From: an uncultured delta proteobacterium
GTDB taxonomy: Bacteria > Desulfobacterota > BSN033 > UBA1163
Length of the DNA stretch: 64,000 nucleotides
Reading direction: 5' to 3'
Assembly: GCA_963827685.1 (NCBI GenBank)
Contig: CAWHBU010000002.1
Location: forward strand, 256,001-320,000
Shown piece after piece: positions 50,159-61,170 of the stretch. Under the pieces are notes generated by a model. It made no database searches and was not told the origin of the DNA. It saw nothing but the letters and a program-made list of their open reading frames with translations. The translations under genes and the position numbers were made by a program. Within the stretch, counting starts at the first letter, position 1; every line of letters begins with the position of its first letter.

Positions 50159-50462
50159 TCGACAATTTTGTTTTTACTATCACCTATCAGCAATAAGCCA
50201 TAAGCCTGCTTGATAACCCAATCAAACCGATTACCCCAAATAACCCTATGAACTTAACGAACTCGGTTAACCAAGAAACCCAACGACCCCAATAAACCCA
50301 GGCAACTCTTCTGCTCTTATTCTGATTACTGTTGACCCGGGGGATAGTTCCATGTGGAAATATTTCGGGAATGTATTCCATTTTCTTTGTGGGCATTTTG
50401 TGAAAGCCAAGCACTTTATTAGATATTATTATTCCGTTTTCCTGGATTATGTTCGAGGATAA

Positions 50463-51614
50463 ATGAAGGTGCTTTTAGGGCACTGGTTGTTCTGGGGATC
50501 GCTGTTTATGGTGGGATACATTTATTTTGGCTATCCCTTTTTAGTTTTAATTCTGGCTGGGATAAAGGATAAAAAAGTGAGGAAGACCCCATCTACCCCT
50601 TTCGTATCGATTATTATAGCTGCCTACAATGAAGAAAGGTATATTGAAGAGACCATAACGAATAAACTTACCTTGGATTACCCAGGAGACAAATGCGAGG
50701 TCATCGTTATCTCGGATGCCTCTGAAGATAGGACTGATGACCTGGTGAGGAAATATGAACATCTGGGAGTGAGACTTATCCGACAGGACCCGCGGTCCGG
50801 AAAAACGTCTGCCCTTAATCGTGCAGTGCTGGAAGCAAAAGGAGACATCATTGTATTTTCGGATGCCAACTCGATATACGAATCTGATGCTCTGGAAAAA
50901 CTTGTTCAGAACTTTAATGATCCTGAGGTTGGATATGTAACAGGGAAGATGGTCTACACGAACCCCGCTGGCGCCCTTATCGGAGATGGATGCACCGCTT
51001 ATATGAAGTACGAAAATTTCCTTAGAAAAATGGAAACGAAACTGGGCTCAATAGTTGGGGTGGATGGGGGAGTTGATGCTGTTCGTAAATCGCTCTATCG
51101 GCCAATGAAGCCCGACCAACTTCCTGATTTCGTCTTGCCTTTGAAGGTCTTCGAACAAGGCTACCGAATTGTATATGAACCGGAAGCCGTTCTCAAAGAG
51201 GCGTCCTCGAAGTCCTCCACGGATGAATTTAAAATGCGGACCCGGGTGTCCTTGAGGGCCTTCTGGGCCTTGAGAGATATGTGCGGCCTCCTGATTTTCA
51301 GACCTTCGAGGCTCTTCGCATGGCAGATATGGTCGCATAAAGTCTTCCGATATTTCTGCTTTGTATTTCTTTTGGGAGCTTACTTTGGCAATATCTTTCT
51401 TTGGTCTGCGGGCACTTCCTACAAACTCTTTTTTATTGCCCAAAATTTGGCATACCTTGGAGCTATGGTGTCTCCGTTTCTCGAGCGAAAAGGGCACCGT
51501 TTCTTATTCGCGCTAAACTACTTTGTATTGCTTAACGGGGCTGCAATGTATGCATTCATAAAGTTCATCGCGGGCCAAAAACAGGTAATATGGACTCCCA
51601 GAAAAGGACAGTGA
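50463..51614 (+). CDS. GT2 glycosyltransferase with TM helices
   Basis: SIIIAAYNEE, SDASEDRT, GKTSALN, FSDAN and SHKVFR motifs. Confidence 0.9.
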   Translation: MKVLLGHWLFWGSLFMVGYIYFGYPFLVLILAGIKDKKVRKTPSTPFVSIIIAAYNEERYIEETITNKLTLDYPGDKCEVIVISDASEDRTDDLVRKYEHLGVRLIRQDPRSGKTSALNRAVLEAKGDIIVFSDANSIYESDALEKLVQNFNDPEVGYVTGKMVYTNPAGALIGDGCTAYMKYENFLRKMETKLGSIVGVDGGVDAVRKSLYRPMKPDQLPDFVLPLKVFEQGYRIVYEPEAVLKEASSKSSTDEFKMRTRVSLRAFWALRDMCGLLIFRPSRLFAWQIWSHKVFRYFCFVFLLGAYFGNIFLWSAGTSYKLFFIAQNLAYLGAMVSPFLERKGHRFLFALNYFVLLNGAAMYAFIKFIAGQKQVIWTPRKGQ

Positions 51615-51697
51615 CGGGCTATGTTTATTTTATGGGCCAGTGAAATGCCAAGCAGCACCTTTAACATCTTACTCACTAAGGAGGCTATATATCCACC

Positions 51698-52579
51698 GTG
51701 CCCCCTTTAGTCTCGGTAATCATTGCAACCTATAATATGGGACGCTATGTTCGAGAGGCTATCGATTCGGTGCTTGGACAAGACTACCCAAGCGTTGAAC
51801 TCATTGTTGTGGACGACGGTTCGACGGACGATACGACGAGGGTGCTGTCTCTTTACTCCAACGATCCACGTGTGGTCGTTATCAGGCAACCCAATCAAGG
51901 GCAAACAATAGCTAAAAATAGAGGGTTCAATGAGGCAAAGGGAGAATATATAGCTTTTTGCGATGCAGATGACACCTGGATTGAGCATAAACTTACTCGT
52001 CAGATACCATTATTTGATAACGAGAGTAAAATCGGAGTCGTATATGCCGACATCCTTATGATTAGTTCTAACGGATGCCCACTGCAGACCCCGAAGATGA
52101 GAAGGTACAGTGGTAATATTACTCGCCACCTGCTGGTAGACAATTTCATTCCTTTCGTAACAGCGGTGGTTCGCCGTCAAGTAATGGAAGAATTCGGGGG
52201 ATTTGACGAAAACCTGCCCATGGGAATTGATTATGATCTATGGCTGAGGATCTCAGTCAAATACGAATTCCGATACATAGATGAACCTTTAGCTCACTAC
52301 AGGGTTTGGGATGGCCAAATGTCCCGCCGCGTGGAAGAACGCTTTGAGAACTATTTTAGGTTTGCAGAACGCTTCCTCGCAACCTTCCCAGAGAGCGTAA
52401 GTACCTCTGATGTCAGGAGAGCCTGGGCTCACACCTATGTGTCAAGAGGCATCTGGCGGTTATCTCTGCATGAAAAGAAGTTAGCCTTCCAGGATTTCAT
52501 ACTGGCTTTTCGATATCGCCCCTATGATGTTCGCCTTTTGAAAACTGTGGTCAAATTCATTATCGGTTGGAAGAGATAG
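51698..52579 (+). CDS. GT2 glycosyltransferase
   Basis: VSVIIATYN, VDDGSTD, FCDADD and DYDLWLR motifs. Confidence 0.92.
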   Translation: MPPLVSVIIATYNMGRYVREAIDSVLGQDYPSVELIVVDDGSTDDTTRVLSLYSNDPRVVVIRQPNQGQTIAKNRGFNEAKGEYIAFCDADDTWIEHKLTRQIPLFDNESKIGVVYADILMISSNGCPLQTPKMRRYSGNITRHLLVDNFIPFVTAVVRRQVMEEFGGFDENLPMGIDYDLWLRISVKYEFRYIDEPLAHYRVWDGQMSRRVEERFENYFRFAERFLATFPESVSTSDVRRAWAHTYVSRGIWRLSLHEKKLAFQDFILAFRYRPYDVRLLKTVVKFIIGWKR

Positions 52580-52680
52580 ATAAATAGACAGATGTAGCGG
52601 TATCTTATTCTCGGCTTTTCAGTTTCCCAACAATTTAAGATTGCCAAGTAAAGGATCACGGTAAGAGACAAACAGCGTTT

Positions 52681-54204
52681 ATGAATACAGCCTTTAACCT
52701 CTTTAGAAGTTCGGTGGCACGAACGGCATTAATGATGTTGACTATCGCTGTAGGTTTCTTTATGATGCCGTTTCTTGTGAGCAAACTGGGTGATCAATGG
52801 TATGGTATCTGGACGATCATCGGTAGCTTAACCGGATATTTTTATCTTGTTGATTTTGGCCTGGCAACAGCCGTCACAAGGTATGTCACTCAGTACATTA
52901 CGAGAAATGATCACGAGGCGGCGAATATCGTCATTAATACTTCACTCGTTGTTTATTCCGGCATGGCCCTGGGAATAACTTTGCTTACATTAGTCATTAT
53001 CATTTTCGCCGACTCTTTCATACAAAACCCACAAGCCCTATCAATAATCAGACTGACCATTTTGGTTATGGGATTCAATATGGCAATCGAGTTTCCATAT
53101 AAAGCTTTTGCCGGCATTATTGGGGCTTACGTACGCTATGACCTTTTAACTTATTCTCACTTCTTGATGCTCCTGGTTAGTACGGTAGCTACGGTAATTT
53201 TCTTGAGCAAGGGATATGGCATCTTGACTCTTGCACTCATAGGTTTCCTGAGTTCACAGCTCTCTAATATTCTGTTCTTCTTGATCTCCAAGCACCTCTA
53301 CTCCGGTATGGTGATTCGCTGGAAGTACTTTAGAACGAGCCAGGTTCGCACGTTATTCGGTTACAGCGTCTGGTCTTTTCTGGTACAGATTTCCGACCAG
53401 GTGAGATTCAAAGTGGATTCGCTGGTAATCGTTTGGGCGCTGAGTGCAAGTCATGTTACTCACTATTTTATCGGTGCAAGATTGGCAGAGTATTTTATTA
53501 CTTTGATTTTCAAAGCGACCAATATACTCATGCCAGTGTTTACGCAATATTATGCAGACAATAACTATGAGGAGATTCGTTCTAAGTTGCTGTTTCTGAC
53601 CAAGGTAAATACTGTTCTTGCCGTGTTCGGCGGAGGCCTTATCATAATGGTTGGTCTGCCGTTTATCTCACGATGGATGGGAAACCGATATCTGGATGCA
53701 TACCCTGTGTTGGTGGCATTGATAATAGCGTTTATGGCGGAGGGGATCTACAACCCCTCGAGCAATGTCATGTATGCGATTGCCAAGCATCATTATTTGG
53801 CTGCTGTAAACTCAGCAGAGGCGGTCCTGAATTTGGTTTTAAGTATTGTTTTCGTTCATTACTGGGGTATTTTGGGTGTTGCTATCGGCACTGCTATCCC
53901 TCTGCTAATATCGAGACTGTTTGTTCTTCCTTTGTATACATGCAGATTCATAGATCTACCACTCAGAAAATACTATTCGAACATATTGATTACCATATTC
54001 TTCACTATAAGCTATCAAGTTTTGTTTTACATGGGGATCAAAAATATGTTAAGTGTCCCGCAATACGGAACCATTATAGGTGTCTGTCTCTCAGCGCTGC
54101 CGATTTACTTATTAGCTATTTTATTCGTTGCTTTTGATAAGTCTGATCGGGCACTGCTTAGAACAATGATACCATATAAATTGTGGTTCGGCGTCGGGCG
54201 GTAA
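52681..54204 (+). CDS. Wzx-type oligosaccharide flippase
   Basis: Many TM segments; LG..YGIW..DFGL..AVTRY N-terminal pattern. Confidence 0.85.
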   Translation: MNTAFNLFRSSVARTALMMLTIAVGFFMMPFLVSKLGDQWYGIWTIIGSLTGYFYLVDFGLATAVTRYVTQYITRNDHEAANIVINTSLVVYSGMALGITLLTLVIIIFADSFIQNPQALSIIRLTILVMGFNMAIEFPYKAFAGIIGAYVRYDLLTYSHFLMLLVSTVATVIFLSKGYGILTLALIGFLSSQLSNILFFLISKHLYSGMVIRWKYFRTSQVRTLFGYSVWSFLVQISDQVRFKVDSLVIVWALSASHVTHYFIGARLAEYFITLIFKATNILMPVFTQYYADNNYEEIRSKLLFLTKVNTVLAVFGGGLIIMVGLPFISRWMGNRYLDAYPVLVALIIAFMAEGIYNPSSNVMYAIAKHHYLAAVNSAEAVLNLVLSIVFVHYWGILGVAIGTAIPLLISRLFVLPLYTCRFIDLPLRKYYSNILITIFFTISYQVLFYMGIKNMLSVPQYGTIIGVCLSALPIYLLAILFVAFDKSDRALLRTMIPYKLWFGVGR

Positions 54205-54364
54205 AGCAAGCGGGGAGAGCTCAAGGCAGTAATTAGTCAGGGACTTATATTGCATTGCGTATGTCTCAACAGTGTCAAAGGATAAATGATCACCAGAATA
54301 TATGCGAGGACATGTATTGGAAGGTATGGACAGTCTTTGCTAATTTGGAGGAGCATAGATAAGA

Positions 54365-55735
54365 ATGCCTCTGGCGCCTTTTTTGAGAAGGTCAGTGGTT
54401 ATACCACTTTGGACATTTAAGGATCATAGCCCAAGACTATCTTACCTCAGGGAAATGGAGCGATCTCAATACCGGGATCCTCTTGAGCTAAGAAAACTGC
54501 AGCTCGCACGACTGAAAGAAATGCTTACACATGCTTACGAAAACACTTTCTATTATAAGACAAAATTCGATGAGCTTAAAGTTCATCCGAAGGACGTAAA
54601 GGATTTTGATGACTTTAAGAAGCTCCCGCTACTAACGAAACGTCAAGTGCAAGAGCATTCCGCAGCAATGATAGCAAAGAATTATCGTAAAAGTTCATTG
54701 GTTCCTTTTAAAACCGGTGGATCAACAGGTAAGTCTTTAACGGTATTGTGGGATTTTCAGGCCATGGAGAAAGGAGTGGCGAGCGCTATAAGATCCTTCC
54801 GGTGGGCAGGTTGGGAAATGGGCGAGGGATGGGGAAGGATTTGGGGGAACCCCCCGCAGAACAAGAAACTGAAAGACAAGTTGAGAAATAGGCTCATCGA
54901 ACCCCAGATCTTCCTGGATACAATGAACCTGAATGATGCAGCGGTACTCGAATTTGCTAATCAATGGAAAATTAAGAACCCGGCACTTTTACATGGACAC
55001 GCCCATTCCATTTATGTTTTCGCAAAGATTTGCAGGAAACTCCATATCGATGGCACATTTAGGCCGAGGGGGATTATTTCAACATCCATGATGCTGCTTC
55101 CGTCAGAAAGGGAAGTAATCGAAGACATTTTTGATCGTAAGGTAACGGACCTATATGGTTGTGAGGAAGTCGGGCTTATAGGCTGTGAATGTGAAGAGCA
55201 TAGAGGTCTGCATATTAATGCTGAAAACCTGTATGTGGAGTTCCTCAACTCAGATCGAAGGGACGTGAGCCCGGGCGAGGAAGGTGCAATTGTAGTAACC
55301 AGCTTGCTGAATGAAGCTATGCCTCTTATCCGGTATAAAATAGAGGATATGGGTATCCCTTCGAGCCGCACATGCAAATGCGGGAGAGGGTTGCCCCTTA
55401 TGGAAACCGTTTCGGGACGGATAGCTGATTTTCTCGTGAGACGGGATGGTAGCCTTGTCGCTGGTCTTTCCTTGATAGAAAGGACCTTGACTGCGCGCGC
55501 TGGAATTCAGCAGATGCAAGTCATTCAAGAAGATCTTAATACGATTAGCTTGAATATTGTGAAAGGCAGCGCTTATGGAGTGACCACCGAGGAGTTCTTG
55601 CAGAGAGAGTTTGAAAGGGTCTTCGGAAAAGGCATGAAGTTGATCTTCAACTACGTCGAGAACATCCAGCAAAGTGAAAATGGGAAATATAGATTCTCTA
55701 TATCGAGGGTGAGCAAACAATACGATGACGCTTAA
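54365..55735 (+). CDS. Phenylacetate-CoA ligase/CapK family adenylate-forming enzyme
   Basis: LPLLTK, TGGSTG, YGCEE, MPLIRY..ED, CKCGRGLP and GKYRF motifs. Confidence 0.85.
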   Translation: MPLAPFLRRSVVIPLWTFKDHSPRLSYLREMERSQYRDPLELRKLQLARLKEMLTHAYENTFYYKTKFDELKVHPKDVKDFDDFKKLPLLTKRQVQEHSAAMIAKNYRKSSLVPFKTGGSTGKSLTVLWDFQAMEKGVASAIRSFRWAGWEMGEGWGRIWGNPPQNKKLKDKLRNRLIEPQIFLDTMNLNDAAVLEFANQWKIKNPALLHGHAHSIYVFAKICRKLHIDGTFRPRGIISTSMMLLPSEREVIEDIFDRKVTDLYGCEEVGLIGCECEEHRGLHINAENLYVEFLNSDRRDVSPGEEGAIVVTSLLNEAMPLIRYKIEDMGIPSSRTCKCGRGLPLMETVSGRIADFLVRRDGSLVAGLSLIERTLTARAGIQQMQVIQEDLNTISLNIVKGSAYGVTTEEFLQREFERVFGKGMKLIFNYVENIQQSENGKYRFSISRVSKQYDDA

Positions 55736-56297
55736 GGATTATATCCATCTGGTAGAGTCTGATCTCTATAGGTACACTGGCAGGATAAGCCGCCTGAAGT
55801 TTCTGACAACATTCTTCAAGCATGTTGGCTTTAAATACACGTTTCTGTTAAGAACAACGGCAATGTTCAGACAGCACAAGGCGTGTTTTCCATTTTATGT
55901 ATTAAGTTATCTAATCCTCAAAAGGTATACTTACAAATTCGGAATCATTATTTCTCATGATACCAAGATCGACTCCGGTTTTTACATTGGGCATTTTGGT
56001 GGAATCATCATTAATCCACATATCATCATTGGAAAAAACTGCAATATACCCCCAGGGGTAATCCTTGGTCAGGCAAATAGAGGGTCTAAGGAGGGGTGTC
56101 CTGTTACTGGTGATAATGTTTTTATAGGTCCTGGTGCAAAGATAATTGGCCTCATACGGGTGGGTAATAACGCCGCTATTGGGGCAAACTGTGTTGTTAC
56201 AAGAGATATCCCAGACAATGCTGTTGTAATTGGTATTCCTGGTCAGATTATTTCATACAATGGCTCCGAAGGTTACATCAATAGAATTGATTACTGA
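55725..56297 (+). CDS. Serine-acetyltransferase-like hexapeptide acetyltransferase
   Basis: YIGHFGGII, IGKNCNI, GDNVFIGPGAKI and IGANCVV motifs. Confidence 0.85.
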   Translation: MTLKDYIHLVESDLYRYTGRISRLKFLTTFFKHVGFKYTFLLRTTAMFRQHKACFPFYVLSYLILKRYTYKFGIIISHDTKIDSGFYIGHFGGIIINPHIIIGKNCNIPPGVILGQANRGSKEGCPVTGDNVFIGPGAKIIGLIRVGNNAAIGANCVVTRDIPDNAVVIGIPGQIISYNGSEGYINRIDY

Positions 56298-56571
56298 TAC
56301 CGACTTCTTGGTCATAATCTAAAATAAGATTGCCAAGAAATAATCACTTAGAACAACCCGGGGTATTATCCTTTGTCTAAAATCTGTTAGCCAATTTATC
56401 TTGATGGAAGGTTTTTGGGATTTCTTTTTCGGGAAGGCACGCTGGTCCATTTCCCTGCTGCCTTGAGCGATACGAATTTAACTAAATGAGAAGAACTGGA
56501 CTCCATTGAAGAAACAACCAACAATTACAGACAACTATATCATACTTTAATAATGCGGGAGTAGCACAGTA

Positions 56572-57744
56572 ATGGGGAAAATAGCTCTTCTAGTTAGAAG
56601 TGCACAACAAGGTGGGGTAGAAAGCCATGTTTATGAACTCCTCAGGAACATTCCTTCACTCGGTTACCATCCAGTACTTATCAGTCTTTCTGACGGGCCA
56701 ATTGACTATAGATTTCGAGAATTAGGTATCGAAATCATTAGCTTAAAAGATAAGAAGGCCCGGTCCTTCCGCTCGCTATCAAATGTATTTTACTTATATA
56801 AAGCGTTAAAGAAATTGAAACCAGAGATAGTTCATTGCCATGGCACAAGACCTATTTTTATAGGAACTATTGCTGCAAAAATGGCCGGGATAAAAACGAT
56901 CATAGTGACGGTTCACAATTCTTATAAACTGATGACCTACGATGATTATGGAATTCCTAAGCGTAACCTTCTTGCGCTAAGTAAAGTTATGCACTTTATG
57001 GGTTTTACTATTTCAAAATGTATAATAACTGTTTCGAGAAGTCTAGCTGACGAAATTAAATGTGATTTTGGAAATTGGCCCTTAGCAAATGCTCATGTTA
57101 ATAACAAAATAAAAATTATTCATAATGGCTTTAATTCAGAAAAGTATAAGAAAATAACAGATAATGTAACTCTTAAAAAAAGTCTCAATATAAGTAATAA
57201 ATTGAAAGTAATAGGGACGGTTGGAAGGCTTGAACCCATGAAGGGTATACACATTTTGTTGCAAGCGACGAAGTATCTGTTTAACGCAGGATATCTTTTT
57301 GAACTCATAATAGTAGGAGACGGCCGTTCAAGAAAAGATTTGGAGAAATTGACCATCGAATTGGGCATAAAAAGGAACGTACATTTTTTGGGTTATATTG
57401 AAGATCCCGTGGATATTTATAATATTATGGATATTTTTGTTCTACCTTCTTTATCAGAAGGGTTTGCTATGGTCATCGTTGAAGCGATGGCCTGTCAACT
57501 TCCTGTTGTTTCTACTAACGTCGGATGTGCATCTGAAATTATAATAGATTCTACTAATGGTATTATCGTCCCGACTAACAATATAAGTGAAATTGCTAAT
57601 GCGATAAAACGTTATCTTTGTGACGAAGGATTTAGTTGTAAAATTGGCGCGGAGGCGATGAAAACGACAACATCTTATACAAACAAGTATATGGTAGAAA
57701 GAACATTTAGTGTGTATAAAAGTTTGGCAAGGGAAGAAACATAG
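56572..57744 (+). CDS. GT4 glycosyltransferase
   Basis: GGVE, VGRLEPMKG and FVLPSLSEGF..IVEAMA motifs. Confidence 0.9.
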   Translation: MGKIALLVRSAQQGGVESHVYELLRNIPSLGYHPVLISLSDGPIDYRFRELGIEIISLKDKKARSFRSLSNVFYLYKALKKLKPEIVHCHGTRPIFIGTIAAKMAGIKTIIVTVHNSYKLMTYDDYGIPKRNLLALSKVMHFMGFTISKCIITVSRSLADEIKCDFGNWPLANAHVNNKIKIIHNGFNSEKYKKITDNVTLKKSLNISNKLKVIGTVGRLEPMKGIHILLQATKYLFNAGYLFELIIVGDGRSRKDLEKLTIELGIKRNVHFLGYIEDPVDIYNIMDIFVLPSLSEGFAMVIVEAMACQLPVVSTNVGCASEIIIDSTNGIIVPTNNISEIANAIKRYLCDEGFSCKIGAEAMKTTTSYTNKYMVERTFSVYKSLAREET

Positions 57745-57871
57745 TGTCAATTATTATAAACAAGATATTCTTTTTGTGTAGAGCTGGAAATATGATGTAT
57801 GAAGCAACAATAATTAAGGTAGAAAAATCTATTTCGGAAAGTATTTTATGGGATTATAAAAGTCGCTCCGG

Positions 57872-58276
57872 ATAACCTGGAAGAGTGAACGAAGGAACAG
57901 AGAATTATCTCGAGCACATGATATTAAATTATACGAACTATTAGAAATTGGTAGTATCAATAATAGAATTATTAAGTACCTGTTTGGAGTTATGAAAACA
58001 ACGATAATCTTATTTCGAGAGCGGCGCAATATTGTTATCTGTCAAAATCCGTCAATTGTATTGGCATTATTTTTGACGATGGTAAAATATTTTATAAGAA
58101 TAAAGGTATGCGTAGATGCACATAACGCTGGAATATTTCGTCGTGAGGGTAAGTCTAATGTTCTTAATATTCTATCTTCTATTATTCAAAAAACGGCAGA
58201 TTTGACCCTTGGAGCAAATAGTGCATTGAAGGATTATGTAGAAACAAAAGGAGGAAAAGCATTAAATCATATTTGA
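57872..58276 (+). pseudogene. Glycosyltransferase N-terminal fragment
   Basis: Open frame ITWKSERRNRELS...QNPSIVLA...VDAHNAG with no start codon and early termination. Confidence 0.55.
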
Positions 58277-58998
58277 AGCGGTCAAGACTTATGCGCAGCC
58301 TCGTAAAAGCCGTGAAATCCGATCTCAGCATGCTGTGTTCGGAGGCTCTCAGGATATATGGATTGGCTTGGAGATCTAGAAAGATCCATAAGTATCTTGA
58401 CTGCCAAAAAGAAAAAAAACTGCATCTTGGGGCTGGCTCGAATGTTCTCGACGGATGGTTGAATACAGACATAATGCCTCAATCCCGTGAGATCATTTAC
58501 TTAGACATCACCGAGCCATTGCCTTTCGCCGATGGAACATTCAGCTGTATCTTTAGTGAACACCTCATTGAGCATATTTCTTACGAAAGTGCTGTAACTC
58601 ATTTGCAAGAATGCTATCGTGTTCTCTGTTCGGGCGGGAGGATCAGAATATCAACTCCAAACCTTGAGTTCCTTATCAATCTCTATACAAGTTCACAAAA
58701 GACCGGAGCCCAACAGAAGTATATGGAGTGGACCGTAAAGAATTGTTTCCCCGGAGCGGGCGTTTATAATGAGGCATTTGTCGTAAACAATTTTCTTAGA
58801 AGCTGGGACCACAAATTCATATACAATACTGTGACGCTTGAAAACATCGTAAGACAGGCAGCATTTGGCAATATCAAGTGGTGGCCGGTTGGACAAAGTG
58901 ACGATTCAAGGCTGCAGAACATAGAAAAGCATGGAACTCTGGTAGGAGAGGATTTCAACCTTCTGCAAACCATGTGTTTGGAGGCCATCAAGATCTAG
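58273..58998 (+). CDS. SAM-dependent methyltransferase
   Basis: LHLGAG..GWLNTD, LPF..FSEHLIEH and RVLCSGGRIRISTPN motifs. Confidence 0.8.
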   Translation: MKRSRLMRSLVKAVKSDLSMLCSEALRIYGLAWRSRKIHKYLDCQKEKKLHLGAGSNVLDGWLNTDIMPQSREIIYLDITEPLPFADGTFSCIFSEHLIEHISYESAVTHLQECYRVLCSGGRIRISTPNLEFLINLYTSSQKTGAQQKYMEWTVKNCFPGAGVYNEAFVVNNFLRSWDHKFIYNTVTLENIVRQAAFGNIKWWPVGQSDDSRLQNIEKHGTLVGEDFNLLQTMCLEAIKI

Positions 58999-59101
58999 AT
59001 GGTCAGCCCAAAGCAAGTTCCTATCAAAAAAATAGAACAAACAGAGTGGTTTCAAGTGCAATATCCCTTCGATCCCCGATCTCATTTGGCAAGAGTATCA
59101 G

Positions 59102-60178
59102 ATGACCGCTAAATCACACCTGAAATCATTTGTTAGTAACCTGTTCTACTACACGGGAGCTCTTAGCAGTATCCGGTTCTTCTATAATATCCTAGGCAAA
59201 AGGTTAACAATAGTCACTTATCATCGCGTTACTGAAGACGAACTTGCCGATATTGACTACTCACTACCATACTTATTTATAACTGCAAATACCTTAAACA
59301 AGCATGCAATCTTCTACAAAAAATATTATACAGTGATAAGCTTCAAGGATCTACTGGAGTTTGAAAGGTGCAAGGATCTACCATATAACTCCCTTATCAT
59401 TACCTTTGATGATGGCTACGAAGACAACTATACCACCGCATTGCCAATACTGAAAAGGTTTAATCTGCCCTTCACACTATTTATTTCTGCAGACAAAATT
59501 GGAAAATTAGAAGTTCCTTGGTGGGACGAGGTGTTTGCACGCCTTAATTTTCTGAAAAAGAAGCAGCCAGGCACTAATGGATCAGAAATCAACAAAACCG
59601 TTACAAATATTTATGCTGACTTTATTAAGGATTCTTCGAAGCTTTTCGCACAGTTAAACAAATGGAGTGAACATAAAATAAGTGAATTACTTGAGTCCTT
59701 AAGAAATTGTACGAGTATATCCGAGCAACTTCTTGTTGAGAGAAACAGATATCTCAATTGGGATCAGCTAGATGAAATATCTGAGATCGGTTCCCATGGG
59801 AGGTCACACATCTCATTAGTTTCTCTAGATATTTCCCGGATTAAGGACGAGATATTCATATCGAAGAACGAAATAGAAGATAAATGTCGCGAAAGAGTGC
59901 TTGCTTTTTCGTATCCTGCCGGGCATTATACAGCGCAAGTACAAGAACTTGTTAAGCAATCTGGCTATAACTATGCAGTCACACAAGATGGAGGAATTAA
60001 CAATCTTAATAATAAGTATGCTCTTAAACGCCTCAATTTGTGGGAGGGGGATGTTAACGCCACAGCCGGAACATTTTCAAAACCAGATTTTGCGTTTCGC
60101 TTATCAGGGCTTTACACGTCTTATGCACTTCCTTTGCTGCGACGGTTAAGGATAAGAACAATAGTATGTTGCAATTAG
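59102..60178 (+). CDS. Polysaccharide deacetylase (NodB type)
   Basis: YHRV, ITFDDGYEDN, IGSHG.SH and FSYPAG motifs. Confidence 0.88.
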   Translation: MTAKSHLKSFVSNLFYYTGALSSIRFFYNILGKRLTIVTYHRVTEDELADIDYSLPYLFITANTLNKHAIFYKKYYTVISFKDLLEFERCKDLPYNSLIITFDDGYEDNYTTALPILKRFNLPFTLFISADKIGKLEVPWWDEVFARLNFLKKKQPGTNGSEINKTVTNIYADFIKDSSKLFAQLNKWSEHKISELLESLRNCTSISEQLLVERNRYLNWDQLDEISEIGSHGRSHISLVSLDISRIKDEIFISKNEIEDKCRERVLAFSYPAGHYTAQVQELVKQSGYNYAVTQDGGINNLNNKYALKRLNLWEGDVNATAGTFSKPDFAFRLSGLYTSYALPLLRRLRIRTIVCCN

Positions 60179-60198
60179 AATTGTAAGAGAGTTCTGGA

Positions 60199-61170
60199 TT
60201 GAACAGGACGAAGCCGATGCGAGATCATAAGTATACTGTTTCAGAGGCGACGACGGAGGATTTTAAGGAGGTTGAATCTTTCCTCATAGGTCAAGCTTCC
60301 GTGATAAAAAACAGCCGTGTGTTTCAATGGAAGTACTTGGATAACCCGGGAGGCCGAGCCCGTGTGTTTGTAATTAGGGATGAAGAAATGCACATCAAAG
60401 GAGTACTATCTTATCTCCCCAGAATCCGCGAGAGCCAAAATTCAGAACGCTTTCTTATAATGCAGGCGGTAGATGCTTTTGTCTCACCAGATGCGAGAGG
60501 ATATTTTCTTTACGACCAACTTATTCGGTATTCTTCAGCAAAGCTCGCGACACCAATATACACATTTCCAAACAAAACCGCAGAACGAATCGAGCTGAGA
60601 AATGGCTGGGAAATTATTGCTCCCCTAAATTCCTGGTACTTCCCAATCAGGATTGGGCTACTTCTTTGTCATACAAGATTCAGGGTTCTTGCTCCATTAC
60701 TCAATCTCATCTCCAGACTCTATGCTTTCGGAAGGCTGAATCAACAGAGCCATTTTGAACTGCGTAGGGTTATTGAATTTGATGACGATTTCTGCATAAG
60801 AGCAAGCGGCCCATTCATTGAAAGGACAGGGAAATTTCTTAATTGGAGATTCATTAATAATCCAATTAGTGAATTTGTATGCCATGAAATTTATATATCT
60901 GGTGAACTTGTCGGTTATTTTGTATACACTGTAAAGGGAGCGGCTGCGGTGATCTACGACTTTGTCGCTCTAAAAGATCGAAGGGCTTGCATAATAAAAA
61001 TTCTCGAGTATCTCCAAGCCCAAAACGTTAGCCATCTTGTGTTTCGATGCGTAGGTATGGATTTAGGAAAATACGGTTTTATCAGGAGAAGGTCGAATGC
61101 CAATATTATTGTTCATAATCTGAAGAACGCATCGCCAGTTTTTACGTTAGGCGATAGCGATTGGGATTAA
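60199..61170 (+). CDS. GNAT-family acyltransferase-like protein
   Basis: F.WKY.DNP, D.FVSPDARG, YTFPN, FLNWRF.NNP and GDSDWD motifs. Confidence 0.7.
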   Translation: MNRTKPMRDHKYTVSEATTEDFKEVESFLIGQASVIKNSRVFQWKYLDNPGGRARVFVIRDEEMHIKGVLSYLPRIRESQNSERFLIMQAVDAFVSPDARGYFLYDQLIRYSSAKLATPIYTFPNKTAERIELRNGWEIIAPLNSWYFPIRIGLLLCHTRFRVLAPLLNLISRLYAFGRLNQQSHFELRRVIEFDDDFCIRASGPFIERTGKFLNWRFINNPISEFVCHEIYISGELVGYFVYTVKGAAAVIYDFVALKDRRACIIKILEYLQAQNVSHLVFRCVGMDLGKYGFIRRRSNANIIVHNLKNASPVFTLGDSDWD

